A stretch of DNA of 64,000 nucleotides from Piedraia hortae CBS 480.64 (taxonomy: Eukaryota), in assembly GCA_010093745.1 (NCBI GenBank), contig MU005974.1, positions 1-64,000 of the forward strand, read 5' to 3'. Positions 38,701 through 50,433 of this stretch are shown here, piece by piece (position 1 is the first letter of the stretch; each line of letters starts with the position of its first letter). A program made the translations under genes and the position numbers. The notes under the pieces were generated by a model. The model saw only the letters and a list, made by a program, of their open reading frames with translations. It was not told where the DNA came from and did not search any database.

Positions 38701-40389
38701 GGAGAGAACTTTGTGCTAATCGCCGGGCTGAACGGAGATCTCTGGGAATGGCCATTGAAGGGGGAGCCTAAAAGGGTCGATGTAAAATTGCCTGGCGTTG
38801 CAGCATGCGTATCCGTCTCTCCCAGTGGCCGATTTGCTGCTTGGGGTCTGGCCACTGGTGATATTTACATCTGGAAGGCCGACACCTGCACTGGAGAAGT
38901 GCTTGTCCGCCACGATACTCCAGTCTGGTGCATGACGTTCGCATCCGGTGACGATATTCTGGTGTCTGGGTCCACAGAGATTTGGAAATGGAGCGCACAT
39001 GCTGAGCCTGACAAAATCTGCCAAGGAAATTCTGACATTAGAGCCATTGCCATTTCGCCGGACGGCAATCTCGTCGCCTTTTGGTCTCCACCTAGCACAG
39101 TCCGGGTATTCCGTAGCGATACCCAGGACAATGTCCGAACCGTCCAATTGCTAGTGAGCATGCCCTGTCTGATCTTCACTCCAGACAGCAATAAAGTTCT
39201 GATCTGGGAGAGTGGACACATCTTCCTGTGCGACTTAGGAACGAACTCTATGCCAGTAGAATTATCGTCAGCAGGATACACTATCCTGGCCATGGCGTTC
39301 TCGCCGGACGGAAAGACAATTTGGGCTGGAGATTCCCGAGGGTCAGTATTACAATTGGACTCAAACTTGGTAATGAAGAGTCAGAAGCAAAGGACTGGTA
39401 CCGCTACCATTGCAATTTCAACGGATGGCCGATCACTCGCATCATTGTCTCAGGACGATCAGCTCAGTCTCTGGGACACCGAAACGCAGTGCCGCAAAAG
39501 ACAAATATCAGATAAGAGGCTCCTCAACTTTCCTGCGTTTGAAAGACTCATCTTAATCTCATCGGACAGTTGTTTGGTCATAGTGGCATGCTTAGACCAT
39601 CCCCCGAACAATAAGTTATTGCTTTGGCACCTTGAACCAAATGAATTGAAAGAGCTGGGAAACAAGCCAGATCATGTGACTGCCATTGCGATCTCCCCAG
39701 ACAACAAAACTCTTCTTTGCGGCTTGTATAACGGTCAAATATGGACTTTTGATCTACGAAGCGGCGGCCGGCTGATGACCATCGAGGCTTGTTCAGCCAG
39801 GATCAATGAGATTGCATTTTCTCCTAATGGACAGGATTTTGCGATATTATCAAACGCTAGAACAATCCAGGTTTGGAGCCCTGCATTAAAAACACCGCTG
39901 GTACTGAGCAACCAAGACTTGGCATTCCGCGCATCCTTCTCAGCCAACGGTCGTATGATGTACACAGTCGGAAGCGGCGGTTTGATATGTGAATGGGACG
40001 TCGAAAAGGCGTGCAAGGTGCGAGAACCTGGAAAGAAAGCTGGTGCAGTTTATGATGGATCGATCCTTCTCAATGGTCGCTTCGAGGATGCATCTCTCCG
40101 GCTATACTTGGCTGGCTTAGAGGCTAATAAAGGCGATCAGACCCTAGCACTGACAAACTCGTCGGCTCCACCCATGGCCATTCCAAAGTTTCGTAACCCC
40201 GACCTGTGGGCGTTGGAATCATTTGGTTCCAGGGCAGTATGGATCACTGTCAATGGTCAGAAATTGCTCAAGCTCCCTGATGGGCTGATTCAAGCGAATT
40301 GGATCTCGTGCCGGCGAACAATGGCAATACCCAACAATGAGACTGGTTTTATTGTTTTTAAATTTACTGGCAAGGTCCCCTATAGTTAA
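35755..40389 (+). pseudogene. Fungal NLR (helical Goodbye/NACHT_N-like N-terminus + NACHT + WD40), intact except for one in-frame TAG
   Basis: Introns 36208-36257 and 38262-38313; LPWAGIRSLL, Walker A GMAGTGKS, SFFFRRG, Walker B VIVIDALDQC, VFVTSR, IYHESFRDF, QYACCNW, LQTYLSALAFAP, then WD repeats. TAG at 37428-37430, with the same frame continuing into ORF 37488..38297. Alternative ATG at 35746. Confidence 0.88.
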
Positions 40390-40799
40390 AATCACAGTAT
40401 TCTACCAATCATGACAGAAGGGTGGCCGTGCAGGAAGCGGGAATAGATGCCTTCTCCAGGCTTCGCGCGGGACCATTAGAGTCATTTAGCTAGTCACTAT
40501 TACGAACCAAAGGACTCGGCCCGCAACACAATGGGTGAATCTTGCGCGAGCATTCCTCGTAATCGTCATTATGAGTGCTATCTGGATCACCAATTTTATG
40601 GTCTTTATCACTGGGACAGACCTTATCCTTCATCACACTCAAAGTCGATTGAAACCTCACTATAGAATCGAGATCATAGCATGATGGCTTGGATACTGTA
40701 TGAGCATGCAACGGCTGAGCTAAGCTATCGACCATTATTACGTGTCAGAGGCGGAGAAAAGAACTTATACCTCAGTAGAGAGCACAGTGTATATGTCTA

Positions 40800-41275
40800 A
40801 ATGAATGATGTTTTGGGAGGAAACCCTCCTGACTAAATACATGAGAGAACTTTGTCCTCAAATCCTTTCATACCAGCATCTCCTTTATTCGGAGACGAAT
40901 CCGGTCTTCACAACCCTTCCGCAAGCGGCAGACTTCTGACTGTACGAGACGTAAGAAAAATGTGCACCTTGTCGGAGGTGTAAACCTCTGAGGACTAAAG
41001 GGGAGCGGATATCGACGACAAAAGTTTCTACTCAACTTTGACTGAAAAATAAAATGTAGATGTCTATGTCTATTTGAGGTGAGGTTCGAAACCTCTCCCA
41101 CACTACCTCAGTCTAACCGTATTCGCCAGGATAATGTCAGCGAACCATGCCCTTAAGCATGAAGGAGACAATAAGCCGTCCCAAGGGGAAACTTCCTCTA
41201 TAGAGCTAAAAACCCTGAGAACTTTCGACTTCTATCTACAGTTTTGGTCATGGTAGGCGCCACATTCTTCTGACA
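40800..41275 (+). pseudogene. Family X relic (copy C)
   Basis: VGGVNL*GLKGSGYRRQKFLLNFD, 51-nt intron 41079-41129 (GTGAGG..CTAAC..CAG), last exon with a +1 nt shift, and TAG at 41201-41203 at the equivalent position. Confidence 0.55.
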
Positions 41276-41319
41276 GTAGGCGATGCAATACAGGAGAAGC
41301 TTGAGATTAAGGTGCGATG

Positions 41320-41562
41320 AGTGGCTGGCGAGGGAGGCAAGCACCAATCACACATAAAGCTGATGTACTTGACCAGCTCCTTCTCTTGCTCCTGTAACAA
41401 GCTCCTGCGCGCCTCCGATGCGGTGTCTCGATCCACCGTGAGGCCCTGGAACCGTTTGTACAAGGTTGTACGATTGACCAGATGCTTTTTGGCGGTAACC
41501 GCGAAGTTTGGCTTGATGCCATTCTCGACTAGAGCATACAGTTCACTAAGGGCAGCGTCCAT
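41320..41562 (-). mobile_element. pogo/Fot1-type transposase N-terminal fragment (HTH + start of CENP-B-like HTH)
   Basis: MDAALSELY..NFAVTAKKHLVNRTTLYKRFQG..RRSLLQEQEKELVKYI..WCLPPSP; no DDE domain follows. Confidence 0.75.
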
Positions 41563-41851
41563 GAGGATAAGAGATGGGAAGCAGTATGAAAGAGAATACG
41601 GAGTGGGAAGAGAAGAACAGACCGTCTGTACGGAACATAGACCGGCGGGAATGGCTTTATATGAACATCTACATGCATCTACGCATCCTGGCAGTCTTTT
41701 CTTTGTTACAGATATAGTTGTTTGTATGACACACCCGGAATAGGCAATTTATCCTGTCTCAATGTTATGGTCGCTCTGGACGCGTCTTATGCTAGGGGAT
41801 TAGGAGTTGCCATTCTACCAACTGCCTTCCGAAAAACTCTCGAGGCGCAAA

Positions 41852-42216
41852 TGTAACAGGATTGACATATTTGAACTGCCTACAGTGTCTGAGAGACGAG
41901 ACTTGTCGAAAGCGTGCCACGCTAGCGGTCAGCCCCTGTTCCAACTGACCCGAATTCTCCTACCATTACAAATCAACATGACTCATGTGTCGTGACTCAT
42001 CGTTGGAACCTTCTGGAATCTTTCTTCCAATGTCAGAACCTTCTCGTCAACATGACATCAGGATGCCAGAAAGTTCCACACTGGCATAAATTGGGCTAGA
42101 TAGATTGGGTATATAAGACTGGTCCTCGACCACTAGAAGAAGGAACAATAAAAAAGTCTTCACAAGTTCCACGGTGTTTCTTAATTTCCCTCTTTCTTCA
42201 GCTTTCCGCTGTCACA
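41852..42216 (+). mobile_element. Possible solo LTR (third family), 365 bp
   Basis: TGTAACAG..CTGTCACA termini (7/8 inverted match), TATATAAG near 42110 followed by AATAAA; no TSD found. Confidence 0.45.
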
Positions 42217-43449
42217 CGAGCCCCGTATCGGTACTCATTACACTGACATCAGTCACTGTACCGCACGCTGCTCTAGAAGACTACTCCATGTAGCACACAA
42301 GCGGTTAGACGTGGAGGAGTCGCCCCGCGATTCCCCGCCTCGAAACCGCTCAAACTCGCCGACTTTCGAGCGATGTAGCGTGGTGCTCGAACGTCTCCAG
42401 CACTAGCTGATTGAGTGAGGCAGAAGAATATACCTTGAAGATCATACCCCACCGGTTTTTGTGTAGATTTTCGTAAGCTTATGGCCCAATTTTTTGCGAG
42501 TTTCGAAGACCAGTTCGCGCATGATTAAACGTCGCAAAATGGCACAATAAAAAACGAATACAATCTTTGCGGTGCATATCATTGGAACCTGTACATTTCT
42601 AGCGTTCATTTGTATGTACTTATGAGTGTTTGCGATGATTATGCGATCTGTTGTGTCGATTCAAAGTTGTCGTGTCAATATCGTGACGACTTCATCAACT
42701 TTGAATCGATGACCCACCGCGCCCAGACGTTGCGTGCGCCTCAAACAAGGTGAACAAGAAAGCCAATATCTTCAAGATTGTAGCTGTTGGCGCCTCATAC
42801 GCCTTGGCCCAGAGATGGTGGCGTACAGGCGTCATGTGTGCGAGACTGCATTTTAGCTTATGTCACAAAATTCCCGCTTCCGATGGAATTGCTAACCATC
42901 AAAAATGGTACCATATGAATCTTAGAGCGTGTGCTTTCGAAAGATAAAGTATATAGCTATGTAGAGTGGCTGTATGTGGTGCTATTCGCGTTTGAAGTGG
43001 TGATCAAAAGTGTGCACGCAGTGGGGAAGACTTTATAGTGATCTGACCCGGCAGCTCGAGTGTGCGAATAAATTGCATCGAACCTTGACTATTCCCCCGA
43101 GAGGCCAGTATGAGCTTCAATTCAGGCTGGGAGCAAGACGACAGCGGTTGTGGTGTCATGGTTAATGGGAAAATCTCTCACGGCAAACCGACGATGGCAT
43201 TATGTAGATATCTATCGTGCCCCGCTATAGATGTTAGCCACTGCGACGGCGGTAAACGTTGAGCCCCTCGTTGTGAAAGGCATTGGACGTTCAGCCAATC
43301 AGAAGCGGTGCGCAACTGCCGTAATCGCACTAAGCCCAATCGGGCCAAAGAATCAACAACAACGCGCCCCACGACAGCGGAGCGTCACCTCCATCGCGAC
43401 CAGCCGTTCGTTAAATCGGAAAAAAAGAAAAGAGGTTGCTCAAGCAACA

Positions 43450-45496
43450 ATGGCCAATCCACGGAAGCGGGTTAAGCATTCGCCGCCGCTTCTGTTCCTA
43501 GACGATGTCGGAAAGGTGGGACGGTATGCGGCATGAATCCAGCAGCTGACAGGGGACTGACATGAGCCTAGACGGACAGGAGTCACTCTGCCGGACACGG
43601 GCGAACGCGATGAATACGGAATGGAGCCGCAGTCGGGCATCTTTGATTCGCCATACGTTGAAGCGACCGACCAGGAAAAGTCCCTCGCGCCGGACAAGAC
43701 GCCAACACGACAACCTCCCCTCGTAACTCCGCGAGTAGTAAACAAGGATGCTCATAATCGTCAGTCTCCGAGAACTACGCGCCCCACAGTTCCGCAGCCC
43801 CAACCAGCGACTGCGGTCTCGCCGGCGTCTCCAGTTTCCAAAGCGCGGCAGTCAAGGGCCAAACGGCCAACTTCCGGTCTGGCTGAGGTGGTGACAGCCA
43901 ATGTGGTGGAGAGTATAGAGACTAACAATCCCTTTCGGCCACGCAACACGCTCAGACGGTCGCCAGGAGCGCGTCAATCGCCTGCCCCACCACCTTTGGA
44001 TAATGCATTGACGTTAGAAGATTACGGACCGGCTGAGGCTGAGAAGAAGGGCACCGAGAATGTGCAGGAGGCGGGGGATGACGAAGGTACGTCTCTCGTT
44101 GCCCATGACAAACCTATCGCGGCCGAGACGAGCATCCAACCGGATCGAACAGAGACAGAAGCGGCAATTCCCTTGGACAAGGTGTCAGAACAGTTGACTA
44201 CAACATTACAGGAGTCTTTAGACGACCAGCTGGAGCAGACTGTGACCGAACTGGCAGACAAAACGTTACCCGATCAGCCGGACCAGACAGACAGGGTAGA
44301 GTCGAGCCCAAATCATTCCAAAGCAGCTGCTGCAGCAGAAAGTATCAACGTCGTGGATAAAGCTGATAACACCACCGAGCCTGCTCCAGAACCAGAACCG
44401 GACTACGTTCCCTTACCCTTGGACGACGAACAGGGCACCGTTGAATGGCCTACCGAGGAAGTGAATGGAACAACAAACGCTGAAAACCCACATATTGTTC
44501 CCAGTATTGAAGAAGAGATGGAAGAGCCATCCGCCGACGTTGTAGAGCCACCAAAGGCCAAACCATCCAGGAAGAGAAAAGCCCCTGCCGAAGCAAAATC
44601 ACAAGCACCCCGCGGAAAGCGGGCAAAGACACAGCCAGAACCAGACAGCGACTCACCAGGCAAGTCCAAACCGCCCCAAAAAGGCAATGGGCCGAAGAGT
44701 AACGTTACGCTGCGAGAGATGACGCCTTCGGAAGAAGCCATTGCAACCACTCGTTCCGGACGGCCTGTGATCAAGCCGCTACAGTACTGGGCAAATGAGC
44801 ACCGAGTATGGGTAGAGGGTGAGTGCCAGGGTATCATCCGTGCTGAGATCAATGAACAAGCGCCCAAACCTGGGAGGAAGGCTGCTGGACGGTCAAAGAA
44901 AAAAGGTGGCAAGACGCAGCTTGCTCCTATTGCCGAGGAAGATGCTCCGCAACCTGAAGATTGGGAACAGGACGGCGGGGTGTATGAATGTCCGGTGGTG
45001 GGATGGGATACCGAAACGCAGACGGCGAACCCGGAAGCCCTCGATGTCCAGGGTAAGGCTAACATCCATCACTCTTTTGTAAAGCTCACAAAATATAGAA
45101 ATAGGCTTCTCCGCAGCAAGTCTACGACCAAACGAATCTGCAAACGCAGAGTTTTCGTACACCAAAATGGTGGCTCTTTCGTTCTTTGGCTTTGGATACG
45201 TCGAGTTACCGCCACAGGGCTTCAAACGTGTGAAGAATTCCAAGAACAAAATTATGGCGTTTAACGTCCACGCCGGCAAGGTCGTAGTTGGCGTTGGCAG
45301 TCAGAACAACATGAATGAGTTCGCGGTATCTAAGGGAGGCGCGTTTTTCATTCCACGGGGTGAGTACCTCTTGATCTGCTGAGATGTGTTGCTAACTCGG
45401 TCAGGGAATAACTACTTTCTTGTAAATGAAAGCCGCACGACGACGGCAAAACTGTTCTTTTCTCAAGCAAGCGAGTCGAGGGAGGGGAATAGCTGA
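43450..45496 (+). CDS. MIF2: Inner kinetochore protein CENP-C / Mif2
   Basis: Introns 43524-43571, 45053-45098 and 45360-45404; N-terminal GKVGR|RTGVTLPDTGERDEYGME, CENP-C motif TTRSGRPVIKPLQYWANE, C-terminal cupin (ELPPQGFKRVKNS..FFIPRG|NNY). Confidence 0.9.
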
Positions 45497-45674
45497 TACC
45501 ACTTGTACATTGTTTATCAGCTATGAGTTAATCAACTTTGCTGTGATCAACATCTGCAGTGCCCCACAGAAAAGAGTTAAGAAGCTTGGCACACTCGGGC
45601 CGACGTATAGTACGCTGGCCGTCTATCAGCTTATCCGAGCCAACGGCTCCATCAAACTATCTCGTACCCCCATC

Positions 45675-46373
45675 CTAAAACTCATCATCCTCATCCACAT
45701 CCTCAACCCCAAAATCCCCCACCTCAACTCTCTCCGGCCTGACAAAAACCCCACACTTCGCCCTCGCATGAAAATACCTCTTCCCCTCCACCGTTCCGTC
45801 ATTCTTCCCCGACGGCTCATCTAGTCTCACCCCAACCCACGCACCACCCCCAAGCTCGCCTATATCCCCCACAAACGCCACCTCACCGCGCCTCTGATCC
45901 GTCTCCGGCCTAAGTCTACACCTCCTTCCCACTTTTACCCTCTCCGCAGCAGCATCATGCCTCCTCCTAACCTCCTCCGCATCATGCTGCGCATTTTCAT
46001 CAAACCTCCCGAGTTTATTTTTTTTCTTCCACGCCAGGACGGTGTCGCTTCGCGATTCGTATTCAGCTGGAGGCATGGAGTATTTCTCCACTGCGGAGAC
46101 GTCGGTGTAATTGGGACGGAGGCCGGGTGGGCGGATATCTTGGACTTGGAGTTCGAGGCCGGGGGTTAGGGGAAAGATGCTGAGGGGGGTGGTGTCTTCG
46201 GTGGGGGAGACGAGGGGGATTGGAGGGGAGGTTTGGAGGATTAGTTTTTGGGAGGATCTGGGGATTCCCGTGATGGGTTCGAGGCGGGATTTGAGGTGCG
46301 TGAGGGTCCATGAGGGTGTGATGCGACGCTCAGTGCGTGAGTTGGGGGAGGTTATTAGGAGAGGGATGTCCAT
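45675..46373 (-). CDS. ALF1: Tubulin-folding cofactor B (ubiquitin-like + CAP-Gly)
   Basis: ERRITPSWTLTHLKSRLEPITGIP, YESRSDTVLAWKK, WVGVRLDEPSGKNDGTVEGKRYF..GVFVRP. Confidence 0.92.
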   Translation of the reverse strand: MDIPLLITSPNSRTERRITPSWTLTHLKSRLEPITGIPRSSQKLILQTSPPIPLVSPTEDTTPLSIFPLTPGLELQVQDIRPPGLRPNYTDVSAVEKYSMPPAEYESRSDTVLAWKKKNKLGRFDENAQHDAEEVRRRHDAAAERVKVGRRCRLRPETDQRRGEVAFVGDIGELGGGAWVGVRLDEPSGKNDGTVEGKRYFHARAKCGVFVRPERVEVGDFGVEDVDEDDEF

Positions 46374-46793
46374 TTCGTTTGTGTGGGTTGGTTGGGTGTG
46401 GGGGATTTTTTTTGTGCGACTGCTTGATTGGGAGCGACGTATTCTGTGATTTCTCGTGTTTGCATTCAGGTTGTTGATGGGAAGGCTGTGGATATTGCTA
46501 TCTGCTTAGATTTTGGGTAGAGTTCCGCGCCAATGTGGTTGCACGGGCGAGGTTGATTCCAAGGCGGTGTTGAGATCAAGGACCGGAAAAATAGTTTCTC
46601 CGGCTTCACCTCACCCTCTGCATAAACATATCGCCGCCCACCGTATCATTAATGCTCGGAGCGCCGTGCTCCATCCGCTGGAACAATGCGGCCCTTGAGG
46701 CCGAGGCCTTGTGCCATCTTCCCCCCCTTTTTTTCCTCCTCCCTGTTCCACCTCATCGTCGAGTAGCAGTTAGATAGCATACATTGATAAAGC

Positions 46794-48430
46794 ATGGCAC
46801 CTCATGCGTTGGAGTCCATCACCAATGGCACGGCAAGACAGAGCCCTGGGTTGAACGTACAATCACCGAATGCAAGCTACAATGGTTCGCACATTACGAG
46901 CAAATACTTCTACCGCACCACGGACGTCGTTAGCAATGACAATGGCTCGTTCCAGGCAGTTCCAAAGGAAGTAGCATATGACTTCCGCACGGATTGCCGA
47001 GTTCCAAAGCTCGGCCTAATGCTCGTCGGATGGGGTGGTAACAATGGGACCACCGTCACGGCAGGTATCATTGCAAACCGTCGTAATCTGACCTGGGAAA
47101 CACGTGAGGGACCCCGTGCTGCGAATTACTATGGCTCCGTTGTCATGTCTTCGACTGTCAAGCTTGGGGTTGATATGAAGACGTCAAAGGACGTCAACAT
47201 CCCGCTGCATGATCTGCTGCCAATGGTTCATCCCAATGATTTGGTTGTGGGCGGATGGGACATTAGTGGTATGGACCTCGCGGCTGCGGCTGATAGAGCC
47301 AAGGTCTTGGAGCCGTCTCTGAAGTCAATGGTGAAGAAAGAGTTGGCGGCAATGCACCCGTTGCGAAGCATTTACTACCCAGATTTTATCGCCGCGAACC
47401 AAGGAGATCGCGCTGACAATGTTCTTCCGGGTTCAAGGGCGTGCATGGAGCATGTCGAGCATTTGCGAAAGGACATTCGAGATTTCAAGTCGTTCAATGG
47501 ACTCGACAAGGTTATTGTGCTTTGGACAGCCAATACAGAGAGGTACGCAGAGGTTATGACGGGTGTGAATGACACATCTGAAAACTTGCTCAACTCAATC
47601 AAATCCGGCCACGAGGAGATTGCGCCATCTACAGTTTTTGCAGTTGCCAGTATCCTGGAAAAAGCCCCCTTCATCAACGGCTCGCCCCAGAATACCTTTG
47701 TTCCGGGATGCATTGAACTCGCTGAACAACACGGCTCGTTCCTTGGTGGGGACGATTTCAAGAGCGGCCAGACGAAGATGAAGTCTGCGCTGGTCGACTT
47801 CTTGATCAACGCCGGAATCAAGCTGACTTCGATAGCATCTTACAACCACTTGGGAAATAATGATGGCAAGAACCTGTCGTCGGAGAAGCAGTTTCGGAGC
47901 AAGGAGATTAGTAAGTCTAATGTTGTGGATGACATGGTTGCTGCCAACGGCGTGTTGTACCAAGATGGTGAACAGCCCGATCACACTGTCGTCATCAAGT
48001 ACATGCCGGCCGTGGGTGACAACAAGCGAGCTCTTGACGAGTACCACGCAGAGGTGAGTGGCTGTTCCTGGCCTATATAAGCGCCAAGCTAACGGCAAAC
48101 AAGATATTTCTTGGCGGCCACCAAACGATTTCCCTGTTCAATGTATGCGAGGATTCACTGCTAGCATCGCCGTTGATCATCGATCTTGCGCTGATCGCAG
48201 AGCTGTTCACGCGCATTCAGTGGCGCGAACACGCTGAGGCGGGGGATTGGAGGGGCTTCCACTCGGTGCTTTCAGTGCTGAGTTATATGCTGAAAGCACC
48301 ATTGACGCCACCAGGCACCCCCGTGGTCAATGCCCTGACGAAGCAGCGAAATGCGCTGACCAACATCATGAGGGCGTGTCTCGGGTTGGAGCCGGAAAAC
48401 GATATGACGCTGGAGCATAAGCTCATCTAA
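46794..48430 (+). CDS. INO1: Inositol-3-phosphate synthase
   Basis: Intron 48054-48103; [47 protein letters not shown]. Confidence 0.97.
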
Positions 48431-49305
48431 GCTGTGTGGCTGAGGGAAAAGGTCAGAGGCAAAATAGTTGGATAAACTTTCTGATACGCTGTCCTCGGAA
48501 CAGATTTTCATCCTCGGTGCGAACTCTACTCTCCAAATTTGATCGTGGCAATGATGACGCCAAGTGGCACAAGAACGGGCGCTAGCGGATGTGCCGAAGA
48601 CTCGGGGCGTTTCTGGAAGGTCCAGATGGGCAATGATTGACGGGCGGGCGTCTGTCATGGGCGGTAGTTGGAGTTACACAACGGAAGGTTGGCGGCGCGT
48701 CAACTTTGCGTTTGCGAAGCCGGCCGGGGTCACTCCACGTTCTCTGGCGCTGCGCTCATCTCCGGATAAGACAATTGCAGGGAATGGGGCGGTCAGTCTC
48801 ACGTGCAAAGTGGCGGGGGCTTCCCGTCGAGAACATTTGGGCAGTGCGGCAACAGCGGTGTGGCATTCATTACTGTATTCCAGACGGGTTGGCCCAGACA
48901 GGGGATGAAACGAACATGTTCGGGGTCTGTTAATAGTGTCATGGGCCGGTAATCAATCAGACTTCGCTCACCGCCACGCCACCTCACTCCCCCCCGCATT
49001 CCGCCGCGCCGAGAACTCTTTGGAAAACAAGAAAAGACGACGGTTGCTCTTCTTGCCCATTTCAAACTCGCCTTGTTTCGCCGCTGGCCGTCTTTGAAAC
49101 GCGCTTTGGCTTTGCTGCCCCCAGCTGCCCATCCTTTGCATCGCCCCCCAATATCGAGTTTAGTCGTAGATGTTTATGTGCCCCAGGTGCATTCCGCCAG
49201 TTGGCATATCATCGTCGACTGGTCCTGTTTGCTTCCTCTGCTGCTCCCTCCGCTCCTGCTCCCTTTCTCCATGTGCTGGCCATCACGCCAGTCGATCCTG
49301 TCAAG

Positions 49306-50222
49306 CTGGATATCCACACCCTGCTTGAGCGCCCCAAAGAGGACGCCGAAGACTCGCCCGCCTTGATGTCGTCTGCGCCGCCCGCCTCCTCTCCCCCTGC
49401 CGTCGCTGCATCTGCATCCACTGCCTATGTTTTGCCTACGCCGGGTCCAGCTCTGCCCCCGCCGATATCGGCAAGCACGGCGTCCTTTCCGCCATATCAG
49501 CCGTCGCAGAAGCGGCCACCGCCCAACACGCACCCTGCGGAGTCGCCGGCCAAGAAAAAGCAGTCTAAGTGGACAGCCGACGAGGATGCAGCCATTATCG
49601 AAATGCGCGGCAACGGCATGAAGTGGGAGGACATATCCAAGCGGCTCAACGGCCGCAGCGCCATCAGCTGCCGGCTACGCTTCCAAAACTACCTGGAGCG
49701 TCGCTCTGAGTGGGACGAAGAGAAGAAGAATAAACTGGCGCGGCTGTACGAAAGGTTGGTGACAGCTACCACTTGTGCTACCCTAGACTAGGCTGACTCT
49801 GCAGATTCAAAAAGGACATGTGGGAAAAGATTGCAAAGGAGATGCAGCTGCCGTGGCGCGCGGCCGAGGCTATGCACTGGCAGATTGGCGAGGTTGAGAT
49901 GGCTCAGCGGGCGAACGTGCCCGTGTTTCATCTAATGGGTGCCGCGGCTGCGTCGGCATCGTCACTGCCCGAATGGCGGCCGCGGGACGATTCTCCGCAG
50001 TTTGGTCGACTTCACCCCGCCATGCTGCCACCAGTGTCGCCCTACCGACGGGACAGCGATGACCTGCCCCCCACGCCGCAGCGACGTCGTGCAGACAGCG
50101 CCTTTGTCGTTCCGTCACGCATGCTTCTGCCGCCCATTAGCGACGTTACCCGGCCACCAAACCAATATACCCTTCCGCCCGTGACATCGGCCGGCTACGA
50201 TCCGGGACGATATGGGAGATGA
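49306..50222 (+). CDS. Myb/SANT DNA-binding transcription factor (start at CTG 49306, or at ATG 49366)
   Basis: Intron 49755-49804; KQSKWTADEDAAIIEMRGNGMKWEDISKRLNGRSAISCRLRFQNYLE..WEKIAKEMQLPWRAAEAMHW. Confidence 0.85.
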
Positions 50223-50433
50223 CGAGTTAGTTTTTCACTTATCATTTCTGTTCATTCCCTCCATAGATCTTTTCAGATAGCGTTGGAGAATAATTTGCAA
50301 ATGAACGGCTTCATGTTGATTTAGCGCCGGATGTGTCCCGTCAAACCATTCCAAATCTCGCTTAGCTTAGTAACCGCACCTTGCAAGTGTGCGACTCGAC
50401 GGCAGAGGCCGAGCACTCCTTGGATGTTGTAGA

